A DNA stretch of 64,000 nucleotides from an uncultured delta proteobacterium. Its GTDB lineage: Bacteria > Bdellovibrionota > FAC87 > UBA2466. Shown in pieces: positions 16,963 through 25,832 of this stretch; position 1 is the stretch's first letter, and each line of letters begins with the position of its first letter. Both the position numbers and the translations under genes were made by a program. The stretch spans positions 544,001-608,000 of the forward strand of contig CAVZSV010000004.1 of the NCBI GenBank assembly GCA_963778115.1, read 5' to 3'. A model generated the notes under the pieces. The model saw nothing but the letters and a program-made list of their open reading frames with translations, was not told where the DNA came from and searched no databases.

Positions 16963-18630
16963 ATGGCTCTTAATCGTGAAATTAAATTCATCGTTTCCGT
17001 GCTGGCTTGCGGGATAATGCTCCATCTTTACACCTACGATGAATCCCGTGTCGCCTTAATGCGGCTCGAGCCGCAGTTGAAGCTGGATAGTTCGTTTACT
17101 GATACCATCAAACAGTCCTGCCCGTCGCTTTTATCACAAAATCAACGCGCAGCGGAGCTGATGATCGTAGGTAAGTTCACCCCGAATTCGCAAGCCACCG
17201 AATCGCGCTGTTTGGTTTCCGTAGAGACCGCTCACCTGCAGCGCTTTCATCTTCGCAGCCATTGGCTTTATTCCATTCAAATAAAGACGGATCAAGGAAA
17301 AGCCGTTTTACAAAGAACCTTCTCGGCCGAATTTCCCCGTCCTCTTTGCCTTTTGCCTTTTGTCGCTTTGCTCTTTGCCCTTTTGTTTAACCTTCGCGTT
17401 TGGCAGATGCGCTGGCTGCTCGCTAGTTACCTCTTTTTGCTAGCCGGTGGAAATCTAATAGAAGGCTTTTCCATGTTTACAAAAAGCTTTGCCACTACGA
17501 TGTCGAGCGATCCCTCTTTCTGGGGAATGGCTTTTATTCTCTTGTGGGCCGCTTTTCAAAGAAGTGCACTTCCCGTGGAAGATTTGCCTCGAGTCGAGCC
17601 TGGCCGAGTGCAGGGCTTTTTTAACCGCGTCTTCACTCAACTTTTGGGGCTTTGGAGTCCCGCCGTCTATACGGCATTCGGACGGACCTTATTCCCCTTT
17701 CGCGCCCAAGCATCACGACTTCTTATCTTTTTTAATGCCCAAGTCTTGGTAGCAACCGTTAGTCTCTACCTTTTGGGTGTCGATTTTCAAACCAAGCACT
17801 TCTGGGAAAATAGTTTGAGCCTTCCTCGTTACTTTGCCTTTATTATCTTTTTCTTCTATGCCCTTTATGCGTGGAAGGGCCGAACGAGTCGACAAGTCCT
17901 GTTTTGGAAAATCCCCAGACTCCCCCAAGCCACCATTCTCTTTCTCGTGCTCGAAGCGGTTTCAAGTTTTTTTCCCCACCTGCGTTTGCTTAGCTCGACC
18001 AATACGCTTACCCGATTAGGAATCGCTCTTCTCGGGGGGGAACTTCTGCCCCCGCGTGCCGTTGATATCAAACCTTTCACACGACTCGCCGCCACTGGAC
18101 TCATTGCGGTCTTAGTCGCTACTAGTATTCCCGTACTAAGCGCTCAATCAGGGCTGACCGATCTAGTCTTGGCAATGTTTGATCCAAGACTGCATCCCAA
18201 TACGTTTATCCTATTTTCCTTTCTGGCCGCGGTAGCGGTGGGAATCGTGACAGGCAGCTTTTCCGTCAGCTTCTTTGCTTTCTTTAATTTGCTCATTACT
18301 AATAGCCAACAGCCGATCTTGCGCGCCGCACTCATGGATGGAGTATTGGTGGGAAGTTTTCTTTCCCCCTTCTCGCTCTATAATTTGATTCCCGCCGTGG
18401 AATTTAATTTTGATCTGAAATTACTCTTACAAGCCCGATTTCGACAGCTGGGAGTTCCGCTGCTGATGGCAACCGTGGTTTATGCAGTCACTCTGCCTGC
18501 GGTCAGTATTCTGCGGCCTTTAATGTTCGTATTTGTCTGTCTGGTAGCTTTTACTTTAGATCTCAAACGCAACCACTGGATCATTTCAGGTAGTAGGTTT
18601 TGGATACCTCCACATACCGATCCGCGCTAA
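16963..18630 (+). CDS. Multi-pass membrane protein; C-terminal part weakly DUF401/ion-transporter-like
   Basis: Long ORF with many hydrophobic segments; VGIVTGS...GSFLSP motifs. Confidence 0.55.
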   Translation: MALNREIKFIVSVLACGIMLHLYTYDESRVALMRLEPQLKLDSSFTDTIKQSCPSLLSQNQRAAELMIVGKFTPNSQATESRCLVSVETAHLQRFHLRSHWLYSIQIKTDQGKAVLQRTFSAEFPRPLCLLPFVALLFALLFNLRVWQMRWLLASYLFLLAGGNLIEGFSMFTKSFATTMSSDPSFWGMAFILLWAAFQRSALPVEDLPRVEPGRVQGFFNRVFTQLLGLWSPAVYTAFGRTLFPFRAQASRLLIFFNAQVLVATVSLYLLGVDFQTKHFWENSLSLPRYFAFIIFFFYALYAWKGRTSRQVLFWKIPRLPQATILFLVLEAVSSFFPHLRLLSSTNTLTRLGIALLGGELLPPRAVDIKPFTRLAATGLIAVLVATSIPVLSAQSGLTDLVLAMFDPRLHPNTFILFSFLAAVAVGIVTGSFSVSFFAFFNLLITNSQQPILRAALMDGVLVGSFLSPFSLYNLIPAVEFNFDLKLLLQARFRQLGVPLLMATVVYAVTLPAVSILRPLMFVFVCLVAFTLDLKRNHWIISGSRFWIPPHTDPR

Positions 18631-19165
18631 CTCGAATGCTTTCCCTTTCCTCTTCGGTTAATTCAGCAACTACTTTGGCAGGTCGTCCGAAGGCCTTAGT
18701 GCCGCTGGGAATCTTCATGTTCTGAGTGACCAAGCTTCCCGCCCCCAAGAGCACGTAGTCACCTATCTCGGCCCCATCCAAAATCACACTTCCCATACCA
18801 ATAAGGGCAAAGTCATTGATGGTACAGGCGTGAATAATAGTGGAATGGCCTATCGTTACGTTATCCCCGATAATCGTCGGAAATCCGTCTCGAGTGACGT
18901 GAACCACGGAGAGATCTTGAACGTTGGTTCGTTTTCCTATCCGAATGTAGTTCACGTCTGCACGCACCACAGAGTTAAACCAAATACTACTCTCTTCCCC
19001 GATCCACACGTCCCCCATCACGATACTTCCCGGAGCTAGCCATGCGGAACTAGCAATCTTGGTCTCATGATAGCGATGCGGAAACTCTTTTTTGAGTCTC
19101 TGAATCTCTTTCTGCATATAGGGGTCGCTCATATTGTCGCCTAAACTCTTTGGGGGCACCGACAT
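18581..19165 (-). CDS. Gamma carbonic anhydrase family (hexapeptide repeat) protein
   Basis: GDVWIGEESSIW, RADVNYIRIGKRTNVQD..VH, VTIGH..IIH and IGMGS. Confidence 0.92.
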   Translation of the reverse strand: MSVPPKSLGDNMSDPYMQKEIQRLKKEFPHRYHETKIASSAWLAPGSIVMGDVWIGEESSIWFNSVVRADVNYIRIGKRTNVQDLSVVHVTRDGFPTIIGDNVTIGHSTIIHACTINDFALIGMGSVILDGAEIGDYVLLGAGSLVTQNMKIPSGTKAFGRPAKVVAELTEEERESIRVSADRYVEVSKTYYLK

Positions 19166-20477
19166 AATAACCTCTTAGATTAGATCCGTTAGCTTCGGTA
19201 ATTTCGACATCAAGAATCTTTCCGACACAAGCGTCCCCTGCGTTTAAGACGTGGACCATTTTGCTATGAAGACTACGACCTGAGTAATGCAGGTTCTTGC
19301 GATCGATAGACTCCACCAAGACTTTCTGAACGGAACCTATCATGCTTTCATTTTCATCTTGGGTAATCCGAAGTGCTAACGGCTGAAGACGAGCCAATCG
19401 TTCCTCTTTAATTTTCTCGTCTATCTCAAGTTCCGCACCATATTCGAAAGCTCGGGTGCCGGGACGTGGAGAATACTTGAACATGAAGACCAAAGAGAAC
19501 CCGATATCCTTCACCATCGCCATCGTCTGCTCAAAATCTTCTTCGGTCTCCCCGGGAAAACCTACAATGGCATCCGCCGAAAGAGCGATGTCGGGGCGGT
19601 GCTTACGAAGCAAGTCGATCTTTTCCCGGTACTCTCGATTCGTATAGAGTCGGCTCATTCGCTTTAAAACGCTATCACTCCCCGATTGAAAAGGTAGATG
19701 GAGTGCCGGACACAATTTTTCTACATTTCCAAATTGCTCTATTAGATCCATGCCCAAATCTCTGGGGTGAGAAGTAACGTAGCGGATTCTCTCTAATCCC
19801 TCGACCCGGTTGGCAGCTTCCACAAGCTGGGCTAAACTTTCGCCCGTTCCCTTTCCAAAAGTATTGATATTCTGTCCTAGAAAAGTGACCTCTTTGGTTC
19901 CTCCGGCCACAAACTTTTTCACATCCACAATAATTTCAGAAATAGTACGGCTCTTCTCTCGTCCCCTGACAAAGGGGACAATGCAGTACGTACAAAAGTG
20001 ATCGCAGCCCTTCATCACTGTCAGGTATTCCGAGGGACGAGTCGTCGTCATAGCCGAGGGTTGCGAATAACTTCGTCCCCCGATATCAAGCTTGGCCTCT
20101 AAAACCCTACGCCCTTCGTTGATAACGTTATTCACCACTTCGCCGACTCGATCCACGGCGTCAGGTCCCATGACCAGATCGAGATGGGGGACTCGCTGTA
20201 GCAGCGTTCTTCCCATCCTCTGTCCGACACAGCCGGTGACTCCAATCACCTTTTTCGGATCGCGATCTTTGAGCGGCTTAAGCTCGCCCAAAAGGCTTAA
20301 GACTTTATGTTCGGATTTGTCCCGGATGCTGCAGGTATTTAGCAAAATCACATCGGCTTTGCGAAGCTCGGGCTCATAGACAAAACCTTGGTTTACTAGC
20401 AGAGACTGCATCCGATCCGAATCATAGACATTCATCTGGCAACCGAACGTCTTGATGTGGATAGATCTCTTGGTCAT
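19065..20477 (-). CDS. miaB: tRNA-2-methylthio-N6-dimethylallyladenosine synthase
   Basis: TFGCQMNVYDS, NTCSIRDK, radical SAM CDHFCTYC, IVGFPGETEEDF, YSPRPGT and a C-terminal TRAM domain. Confidence 0.95.
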   Translation of the reverse strand: MTKRSIHIKTFGCQMNVYDSDRMQSLLVNQGFVYEPELRKADVILLNTCSIRDKSEHKVLSLLGELKPLKDRDPKKVIGVTGCVGQRMGRTLLQRVPHLDLVMGPDAVDRVGEVVNNVINEGRRVLEAKLDIGGRSYSQPSAMTTTRPSEYLTVMKGCDHFCTYCIVPFVRGREKSRTISEIIVDVKKFVAGGTKEVTFLGQNINTFGKGTGESLAQLVEAANRVEGLERIRYVTSHPRDLGMDLIEQFGNVEKLCPALHLPFQSGSDSVLKRMSRLYTNREYREKIDLLRKHRPDIALSADAIVGFPGETEEDFEQTMAMVKDIGFSLVFMFKYSPRPGTRAFEYGAELEIDEKIKEERLARLQPLALRITQDENESMIGSVQKVLVESIDRKNLHYSGRSLHSKMVHVLNAGDACVGKILDVEITEANGSNLRGYYVGAPKEFRRQYERPLYAERDSETQKRVSASLS

Positions 20478-20780
20478 GGTAACGGGCCCGTTTTCGACTT
20501 CACGCATAGCGAGCCATTGTAAAGAAGCGGGAGGCTGTCTACAAGCCCTGGTTGCCCATAAGTTTTCCAGGCCCCCTCGTATGAAGCAATTCGACAACTT
20601 GAACCAAATAGCTCTGAAACCGCGACTAAAAGGTATTCACTTTAGCGGTCTGAGCATCTTGCATACAGGACTTATCTCATTGAATTACTAAGAGTTTGTT
20701 GCCTGCCTTCCTAATTCCCGGGGCATAGCCTTTGCAAAAACATCTCGTGATTTCGCCTTAGCCTTCTCAAAGGAACCCGC

Positions 20781-22013
20781 ATGAAGTCTTTGTCCTTACT
20801 TTGGGCTCTAAGTTCAATCGTTCTTCTTGTGAACGGTTGTGGAGGATCCGGTTCCAACTCCACTGGAGGAACTCCTTCTTGGCTCACGACGCAGGAGCTT
20901 TCCAACGGCAATTATGTCTATACGCCGTCTGGAATACAGGCTGCTTACCAAATTACTTCTAATTTAGGAGAGGGTCAGGGGCAGACCATTGCTATCATCG
21001 ATCGGATCGGAAACCCAAACATTCAAGGAGATCTCGCTGCTTTTTCCACCGCATTTGGACTTCCTCAAGCAAATTTAACGATTCAATATATGCAAGGGCA
21101 GCCCACTTACAACAACGCCACTTGCAATTTCTCCGTTCGAACGACCAATGGTTTCCAAAATATTTGTGCCGCTTGGACCTCAGAGACCGCTCTCGATGTC
21201 GAAATGGTTCATGCGATCGCTCCTCAGGCCAATATCCTTCTCGTATTTGAAGGTGCGCAGACTGAGGATAGCACGGTAGCAGCGGTGGACTATGCGGTGG
21301 CTCAGGGGGCTAACGTCGTCACCATGAGCTTTAGTTATTACGAATTTCCTTCGGAAGATACGCTGTACGATTCCCATTTTAACATTCCCGGCGTAACCTT
21401 CGTCGCTTCCAGCGGAGATGCAGGAGATACCGTTAATTGGCCGGCAGTTTCGCAATATGTGCTTGCTGTTGGGGGAACCCATCTCCAATACAATCCGTCC
21501 ACCGAATCTCGTAGCGAGACAGCGTGGCCGAAATCGGGAGGAGGAATCAGCCAATTCGTCACTATTCCGAGTTATCAACAAAACGTAGGAGGAGACGCCA
21601 GCACCACCTATCGATCGGTACCAGATGTCGCCATCGTTGCCGACTCCGCAACGGGAGTCTTCGTTTACGATAGTACTAACGGACCCTATGTTAATGGATT
21701 TGGAAGCGGCTGGGTGAATGGAGTTCCCGCCCAAAGTCCTCTTACGGATTTAAATTGGGTAATCTCATCGGGAGCTAGCGTCGGCTCCCCGATGTGGGCC
21801 GGGCTCATTGCTTTGGCGAATGGTAAACGAGCCTCCTCTTCCCCTTTGGGAGACGTGCATGCGGCCATCTATGCGGCCCCTTCAAGTGACTTCAACGACA
21901 TCACTAGCGGCTGTGTTTTTTCAGGATTCTGCGCGGGAGTGGGCTTTGATCTTCTGACGGGGCTTGGAACCCCCGTGGCTAACCAACTTATTAACTATTT
22001 GATCAATTATTAA
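20781..22013 (+). CDS. S53 (sedolisin/kumamolisin) family peptidase, predicted lipoprotein
   Basis: ETALD (Glu/Asp), SSGDAG, RSVPDVA, GASVGSPMWAG (Ser) and DITSG...FDLLTGLGTP. Lipobox LVNGC. Confidence 0.88.
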   Translation: MKSLSLLWALSSIVLLVNGCGGSGSNSTGGTPSWLTTQELSNGNYVYTPSGIQAAYQITSNLGEGQGQTIAIIDRIGNPNIQGDLAAFSTAFGLPQANLTIQYMQGQPTYNNATCNFSVRTTNGFQNICAAWTSETALDVEMVHAIAPQANILLVFEGAQTEDSTVAAVDYAVAQGANVVTMSFSYYEFPSEDTLYDSHFNIPGVTFVASSGDAGDTVNWPAVSQYVLAVGGTHLQYNPSTESRSETAWPKSGGGISQFVTIPSYQQNVGGDASTTYRSVPDVAIVADSATGVFVYDSTNGPYVNGFGSGWVNGVPAQSPLTDLNWVISSGASVGSPMWAGLIALANGKRASSSPLGDVHAAIYAAPSSDFNDITSGCVFSGFCAGVGFDLLTGLGTPVANQLINYLINY

Positions 22014-22068
22014 TCGCTTAAAGATCGTCGTTACGAGAAGCCCCGAAGGGCGACAGGGGAGCTAAAAT

Positions 22069-23586
22069 TTAATCGGTGACCTTTAGCTTTGCCATCTGCC
22101 GAAAGACGTCTATCGCATAAGCATCCATTTTTGGCATTTGGTCCATGCCGTCCACAAAACTCAGGACGGTTAGCGAGAGCCAACTTCCATCGGGAGAAAA
22201 ACTTACGTTTGCGATTGATTGGTGAAACGGTTTTTCTTCGAGAGTAAACCTAATCCCCGCCCGCTTCGAAATGGACCAGAGTTCCACCGCCTGCCTATGC
22301 GCTTCATAGGTAGGAACAGCAAGAAACCTTCCATCGTTAGAATAGTTCATCAGATGCGCCGCTATATTTCCCTTCGTCTCAAATTCCCATAACAAAGAGT
22401 GATCGGTGGCGGAGTGGATCTCTACCCGATCTCCATCCAACCCCACCGCATATTCGTTGGGAGCGAAAGCGATTCCGGGAGCGGTGGGAGCATCCGAATC
22501 ATTCTCGTAGGTCTTTTCCACTCTCGGTATTGGCCGATGGGTTTGCTCATCACGATGAATCCCGTAGAGGACACGCTGACGGTTACCCGTCTCCATATGA
22601 TAAGCAGCCGAAAGGAATTGGCCCGAAGGGGCAGGAACGATGGGTTCGAGAAGTCCTCCGATTTTGCCGGGATCATTTAGTGCTCCGATATAAGTAGCGT
22701 CTTCAACATCCCAAAAAGTAGTCCCTTCTGGATTTATCGCAGCCACCACATTCCCGCGATCCACAAAGTAGGTACTCGAAAAATACTTTTGTGGGGGCGC
22801 GAATTTGGAATATAAAAAAATTTGTTGGATCTCATTTCCAGTCCGGCTATCTCGAATCGACGCATGGTATCCCGCATTAGCGAGATAACTTTGACTGGAA
22901 GGATGAAATTGCACTCCTCTAACCGCAACCTCCTCACTCTGGTTTGGAATACCTGTCTGTGCGGGAGCCACGTCTTTCAAGCGGTTTCGAGCAGCCTGGG
23001 GATCTGCTTTCCAATGGCTCATTCCAATCCCCTGGGGATCTACTTGCTTGAGAGCTTCAATAGCTTGAGGATGGCCTTTTGACGCCAGCGAGAAAAGTTC
23101 CACGAACGCATAAACGACGTTATCCCAACTATTTTTGACCTCTCCAGTGGTATGCAAGAGTTCCACGGCACCTGTTTCATACATCAAGACAGGACCCCCG
23201 TAGACAGTGGCGCCGATCGCCGCAATATATTTCCCGTCGGGTGAAATATGAAGCTCTCCTATATGAGGAGGCTTCCCTCCCATCGATGGAGGGTGAACGC
23301 TTACTAAAGTTTGGGCTTCATCGATCTGTTGGACGACGAGGCGTCCTTTTATCACTTTGAAACGTAATTCCGGGTGAGAGGCATTTCTCTCCGTGGTATT
23401 CATGCCCACGACAAATCTGTCTCCCCCAATCATGAAAAAGGAAGTATTAGGGACTTCGTTGGGAGCGGAGTCAAAACGCAATTCTCTCGAGTTATCGTAA
23501 AAAAGAACCTCTTGCCCACAAGTCAGGGCATTGGCTAAAAAAGGAATTCCACAGAGCACGAATAAACCTACGGCGAGAACTTTCAA
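22069..23586 (-). CDS. Secreted WD40-like beta-propeller protein (paralog A)
   Basis: Signal peptide from TTG 23586 (AAAGAGG RBS). Blade motifs ISPDGKYIA, FHPSS, YSNDGRFLAV and FSPDGSWL. Confidence 0.7.
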   Translation of the reverse strand: MKVLAVGLFVLCGIPFLANALTCGQEVLFYDNSRELRFDSAPNEVPNTSFFMIGGDRFVVGMNTTERNASHPELRFKVIKGRLVVQQIDEAQTLVSVHPPSMGGKPPHIGELHISPDGKYIAAIGATVYGGPVLMYETGAVELLHTTGEVKNSWDNVVYAFVELFSLASKGHPQAIEALKQVDPQGIGMSHWKADPQAARNRLKDVAPAQTGIPNQSEEVAVRGVQFHPSSQSYLANAGYHASIRDSRTGNEIQQIFLYSKFAPPQKYFSSTYFVDRGNVVAAINPEGTTFWDVEDATYIGALNDPGKIGGLLEPIVPAPSGQFLSAAYHMETGNRQRVLYGIHRDEQTHRPIPRVEKTYENDSDAPTAPGIAFAPNEYAVGLDGDRVEIHSATDHSLLWEFETKGNIAAHLMNYSNDGRFLAVPTYEAHRQAVELWSISKRAGIRFTLEEKPFHQSIANVSFSPDGSWLSLTVLSFVDGMDQMPKMDAYAIDVFRQMAKLKVTD

Positions 23587-23614
23587 CGAAAACCTCTTTC
23601 CAGGGAACGCGCGA

Positions 23615-23643
23615 CTTATAGCAGTAATTGTCTCGTAGCGCAA
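23615..23643 (-). promoter_or_regulatory. Putative promoter of paralog A
   Basis: TTGCGC-N17-TATAAG with TG extension. The 13-mer TGCTATAAGTCGC is shared with the paralog B upstream region. Confidence 0.45.
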
Positions 23644-23657
23644 AATCTAGAAGGGCC

Positions 23658-25181
23658 TTATTTTGCTGCTGGCTTTAGTTTTGCCATTTGCCGGAAAATG
23701 TCGATAGCGTAAGCTTCGGTTCGGTAAGGTTTGTCAGGCCCGTCCTCAAAAGTCATTACAGTCACCGTAAGCCAACTCCCATCAGCAGAGAAGTTCACGC
23801 TAGAAATTACCCGACGATAGGGTTTTTCCTCTAGGTTGAACTTAAGTCCGGCCTTTTTCGAAGTCGACCACAACTCAATACCTTGTTCTTTACCATCGGC
23901 ACTTGCCACCGCGAGAAAGTGTCCATCGTTAGAATAATTCATCAGATGAGGGCCTAACTCTCCGCTCGTCTCAAATTCCCATAACAGAGAATGATCCTCT
24001 GAGGAATGGATCTCAACACGTTTGCCATCAATCCCCACGGCATATTCATTGGGGCCAAAGGCAATCCCGGGAGCGGTCGAGGCCGTGAGACTATTCTTAT
24101 AAACTTTTTCTACGCTCGGTTTAGCTTCCTTCGTTTGCGTATTCCGATGGATTGAGTAAAGCACGCGCTCGCGTGCCGTCTCGGTTTTGTAGGCAGCAGA
24201 AACAAATTGTCCCGAAGTAGCTGGGACTATCGGATCGAAAACGCCCCCCAACTCGCCCAAAGCTTTTTCGGATCCGAGGAAGCTACCCTCTTCGGCATCC
24301 CAGAAAGTAACGTGCTCTCGACTGATAGCGGCGATCGCATTGCCTCGATCCACGAAATAGGTACGTGGCTGATCATTTTGGATAGGACCTAGCAGCGAGT
24401 GTAAGATGATGCGTTGAATCTCTTTTCCCGTTCTACTTCTTCGAATCGAGACATGATCTGCCGCCTGAGACAGATAGGTTTCGCTCGAAGGATGGAATTG
24501 CATTCCCATCACCGGAACACTTCTGCTCTGGTTGGCGACATTCGTCAGTCGGGAAGCTTGGTTCTTAGCCCATTCTTTAACGCCTTCCGGGTCTGCTTTC
24601 CAAACCTTCATTAAACTCCCGGTGGGATCCATCTGTTTTAGTTGCGCAATGGCAAGGGGGTTTGCTTTTTCCGCCAACCTATGGAGTTCTATGAATTGAT
24701 GAACCACGGGATCCCAACTATTTTGAACCTCTTCAGTGTTATGCAGTAATTCCACTGCTCCTGTTTCATAAATCGCAACAGGACCGCCACCACTGCGAGT
24801 CGCGCCTGTCACCGCCATATACGTTCCGTCGGGAGAAACATGCAAAGCTCCCAGATGGCTTGGCTTACCGGATAACGAGGGAGGCTCGACGCTCATTAAG
24901 GTTTCGCTTTCCGCTATCTGCTGGACGACGAGGCGCCCGCCGGTAACTCTAAAAGTTCCCTGAGGATGCTCGGGACTTTTTTCCACTCTATGGGTACCTA
25001 CGGCAAAGCGATCGCCCCCGATCATCAAGAAAGGGGTACTTGCCGCTTCATCAGGAGCTGAGGCAAAGCTCAATTGGCTCGAATTGTCGTAAAGACGAAC
25101 TTGATCGCCGCAGGTCACCGCCGCATTAGCGATGGCAGACGCGCCTACTAGGAAGGCGAAAATGGCCGTAACGAACTTCAA
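23658..25181 (-). CDS. Secreted WD40-like beta-propeller protein (paralog B)
   Basis: Signal peptide; collinear with paralog A along its whole length, both containing AYAID.FRQMAKLK at the C-terminus. Confidence 0.72.
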   Translation of the reverse strand: MKFVTAIFAFLVGASAIANAAVTCGDQVRLYDNSSQLSFASAPDEAASTPFLMIGGDRFAVGTHRVEKSPEHPQGTFRVTGGRLVVQQIAESETLMSVEPPSLSGKPSHLGALHVSPDGTYMAVTGATRSGGGPVAIYETGAVELLHNTEEVQNSWDPVVHQFIELHRLAEKANPLAIAQLKQMDPTGSLMKVWKADPEGVKEWAKNQASRLTNVANQSRSVPVMGMQFHPSSETYLSQAADHVSIRRSRTGKEIQRIILHSLLGPIQNDQPRTYFVDRGNAIAAISREHVTFWDAEEGSFLGSEKALGELGGVFDPIVPATSGQFVSAAYKTETARERVLYSIHRNTQTKEAKPSVEKVYKNSLTASTAPGIAFGPNEYAVGIDGKRVEIHSSEDHSLLWEFETSGELGPHLMNYSNDGHFLAVASADGKEQGIELWSTSKKAGLKFNLEEKPYRRVISSVNFSADGSWLTVTVMTFEDGPDKPYRTEAYAIDIFRQMAKLKPAAK

Positions 25182-25216
25182 CTCAAACCTCTTTTTTTAA
25201 AACAAGCGAGTAGCGA

Positions 25217-25246
25217 CTTATAGCACGAAATAACGCATAGTATCAA
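25217..25246 (-). promoter_or_regulatory. Putative promoter of paralog B
   Basis: TTGATA-N18-TATAAG, with the same TGCTATAAGTCGC core as paralog A. Confidence 0.45.
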
Positions 25247-25364
25247 TTAGGCAAACGAAGTTATTTACCTAGGGATTTCGTTAGTTTATTCGGTTTTAGG
25301 GTGACATTTGTTGTCATCTTTTTTTCTCGTTCCTTTCCTTTCTGCCTTACGTTACTTTCCCGAG

Positions 25365-25826
25365 GTGATTTTAGGATTTCATATTGTCTTGCACGAGCCT
25401 GTGATTCCCCAAAACACAGGTTCCATCGCACGCCTGTGCGCTTGCACAGGAGCCACCCTTCATCTGATACGGCCATTGGGATTTTCCATCGACGAAGCTT
25501 CGGTAAAACGCGCGGGGCTCGACTACTGGCCTCATGTGGATGTACGGGCACACGATAATTGGGAGGCTTTTTTAGAAGCGGAAAAGCCGGATAAACTTTT
25601 TTTTCTAAGCAAGTTTGCTTCCTATCCTTATACGGAAGCAAGACTTACGGCACCCGCCTATTTGGTTTTTGGCAGCGAAACCAAAGGGCTTCCCCAATCT
25701 TTTTTTCAAACTTACGAAGGAAAGTTTCTGCAGATTCCGATGAGAACCCATCTGGTAAGAAGTCTTAACCTAAGCCAGGCCGTTGCTATCGTTCTTTACG
25801 AAGGGATTCGTCAGAGTTCACTCTAG
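25365..25826 (+). CDS. trmL: tRNA (cytidine/uridine-34-2'-O)-methyltransferase, SPOUT family
   Basis: IVLHEPVIPQNTGSIARLCA, KRAGLDYW, VFGSETKGLP and RSLNLS. Confidence 0.93.
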   Translation: MILGFHIVLHEPVIPQNTGSIARLCACTGATLHLIRPLGFSIDEASVKRAGLDYWPHVDVRAHDNWEAFLEAEKPDKLFFLSKFASYPYTEARLTAPAYLVFGSETKGLPQSFFQTYEGKFLQIPMRTHLVRSLNLSQAVAIVLYEGIRQSSL

Positions 25827-25832
25827 TTTTCG

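Noticed and set aside
19065..19165. Functional overprinting between miaB and the gamma-CA gene
   Set aside because: The overlap is only a non-conserved-looking tail after the TRAM domain, most likely a drifted stop codon or an uncertain start.
21766..21800. Inactive S53 protease because GTS reads GAS
   Set aside because: The catalytic Ser, Glu and Asp residues are all retained.
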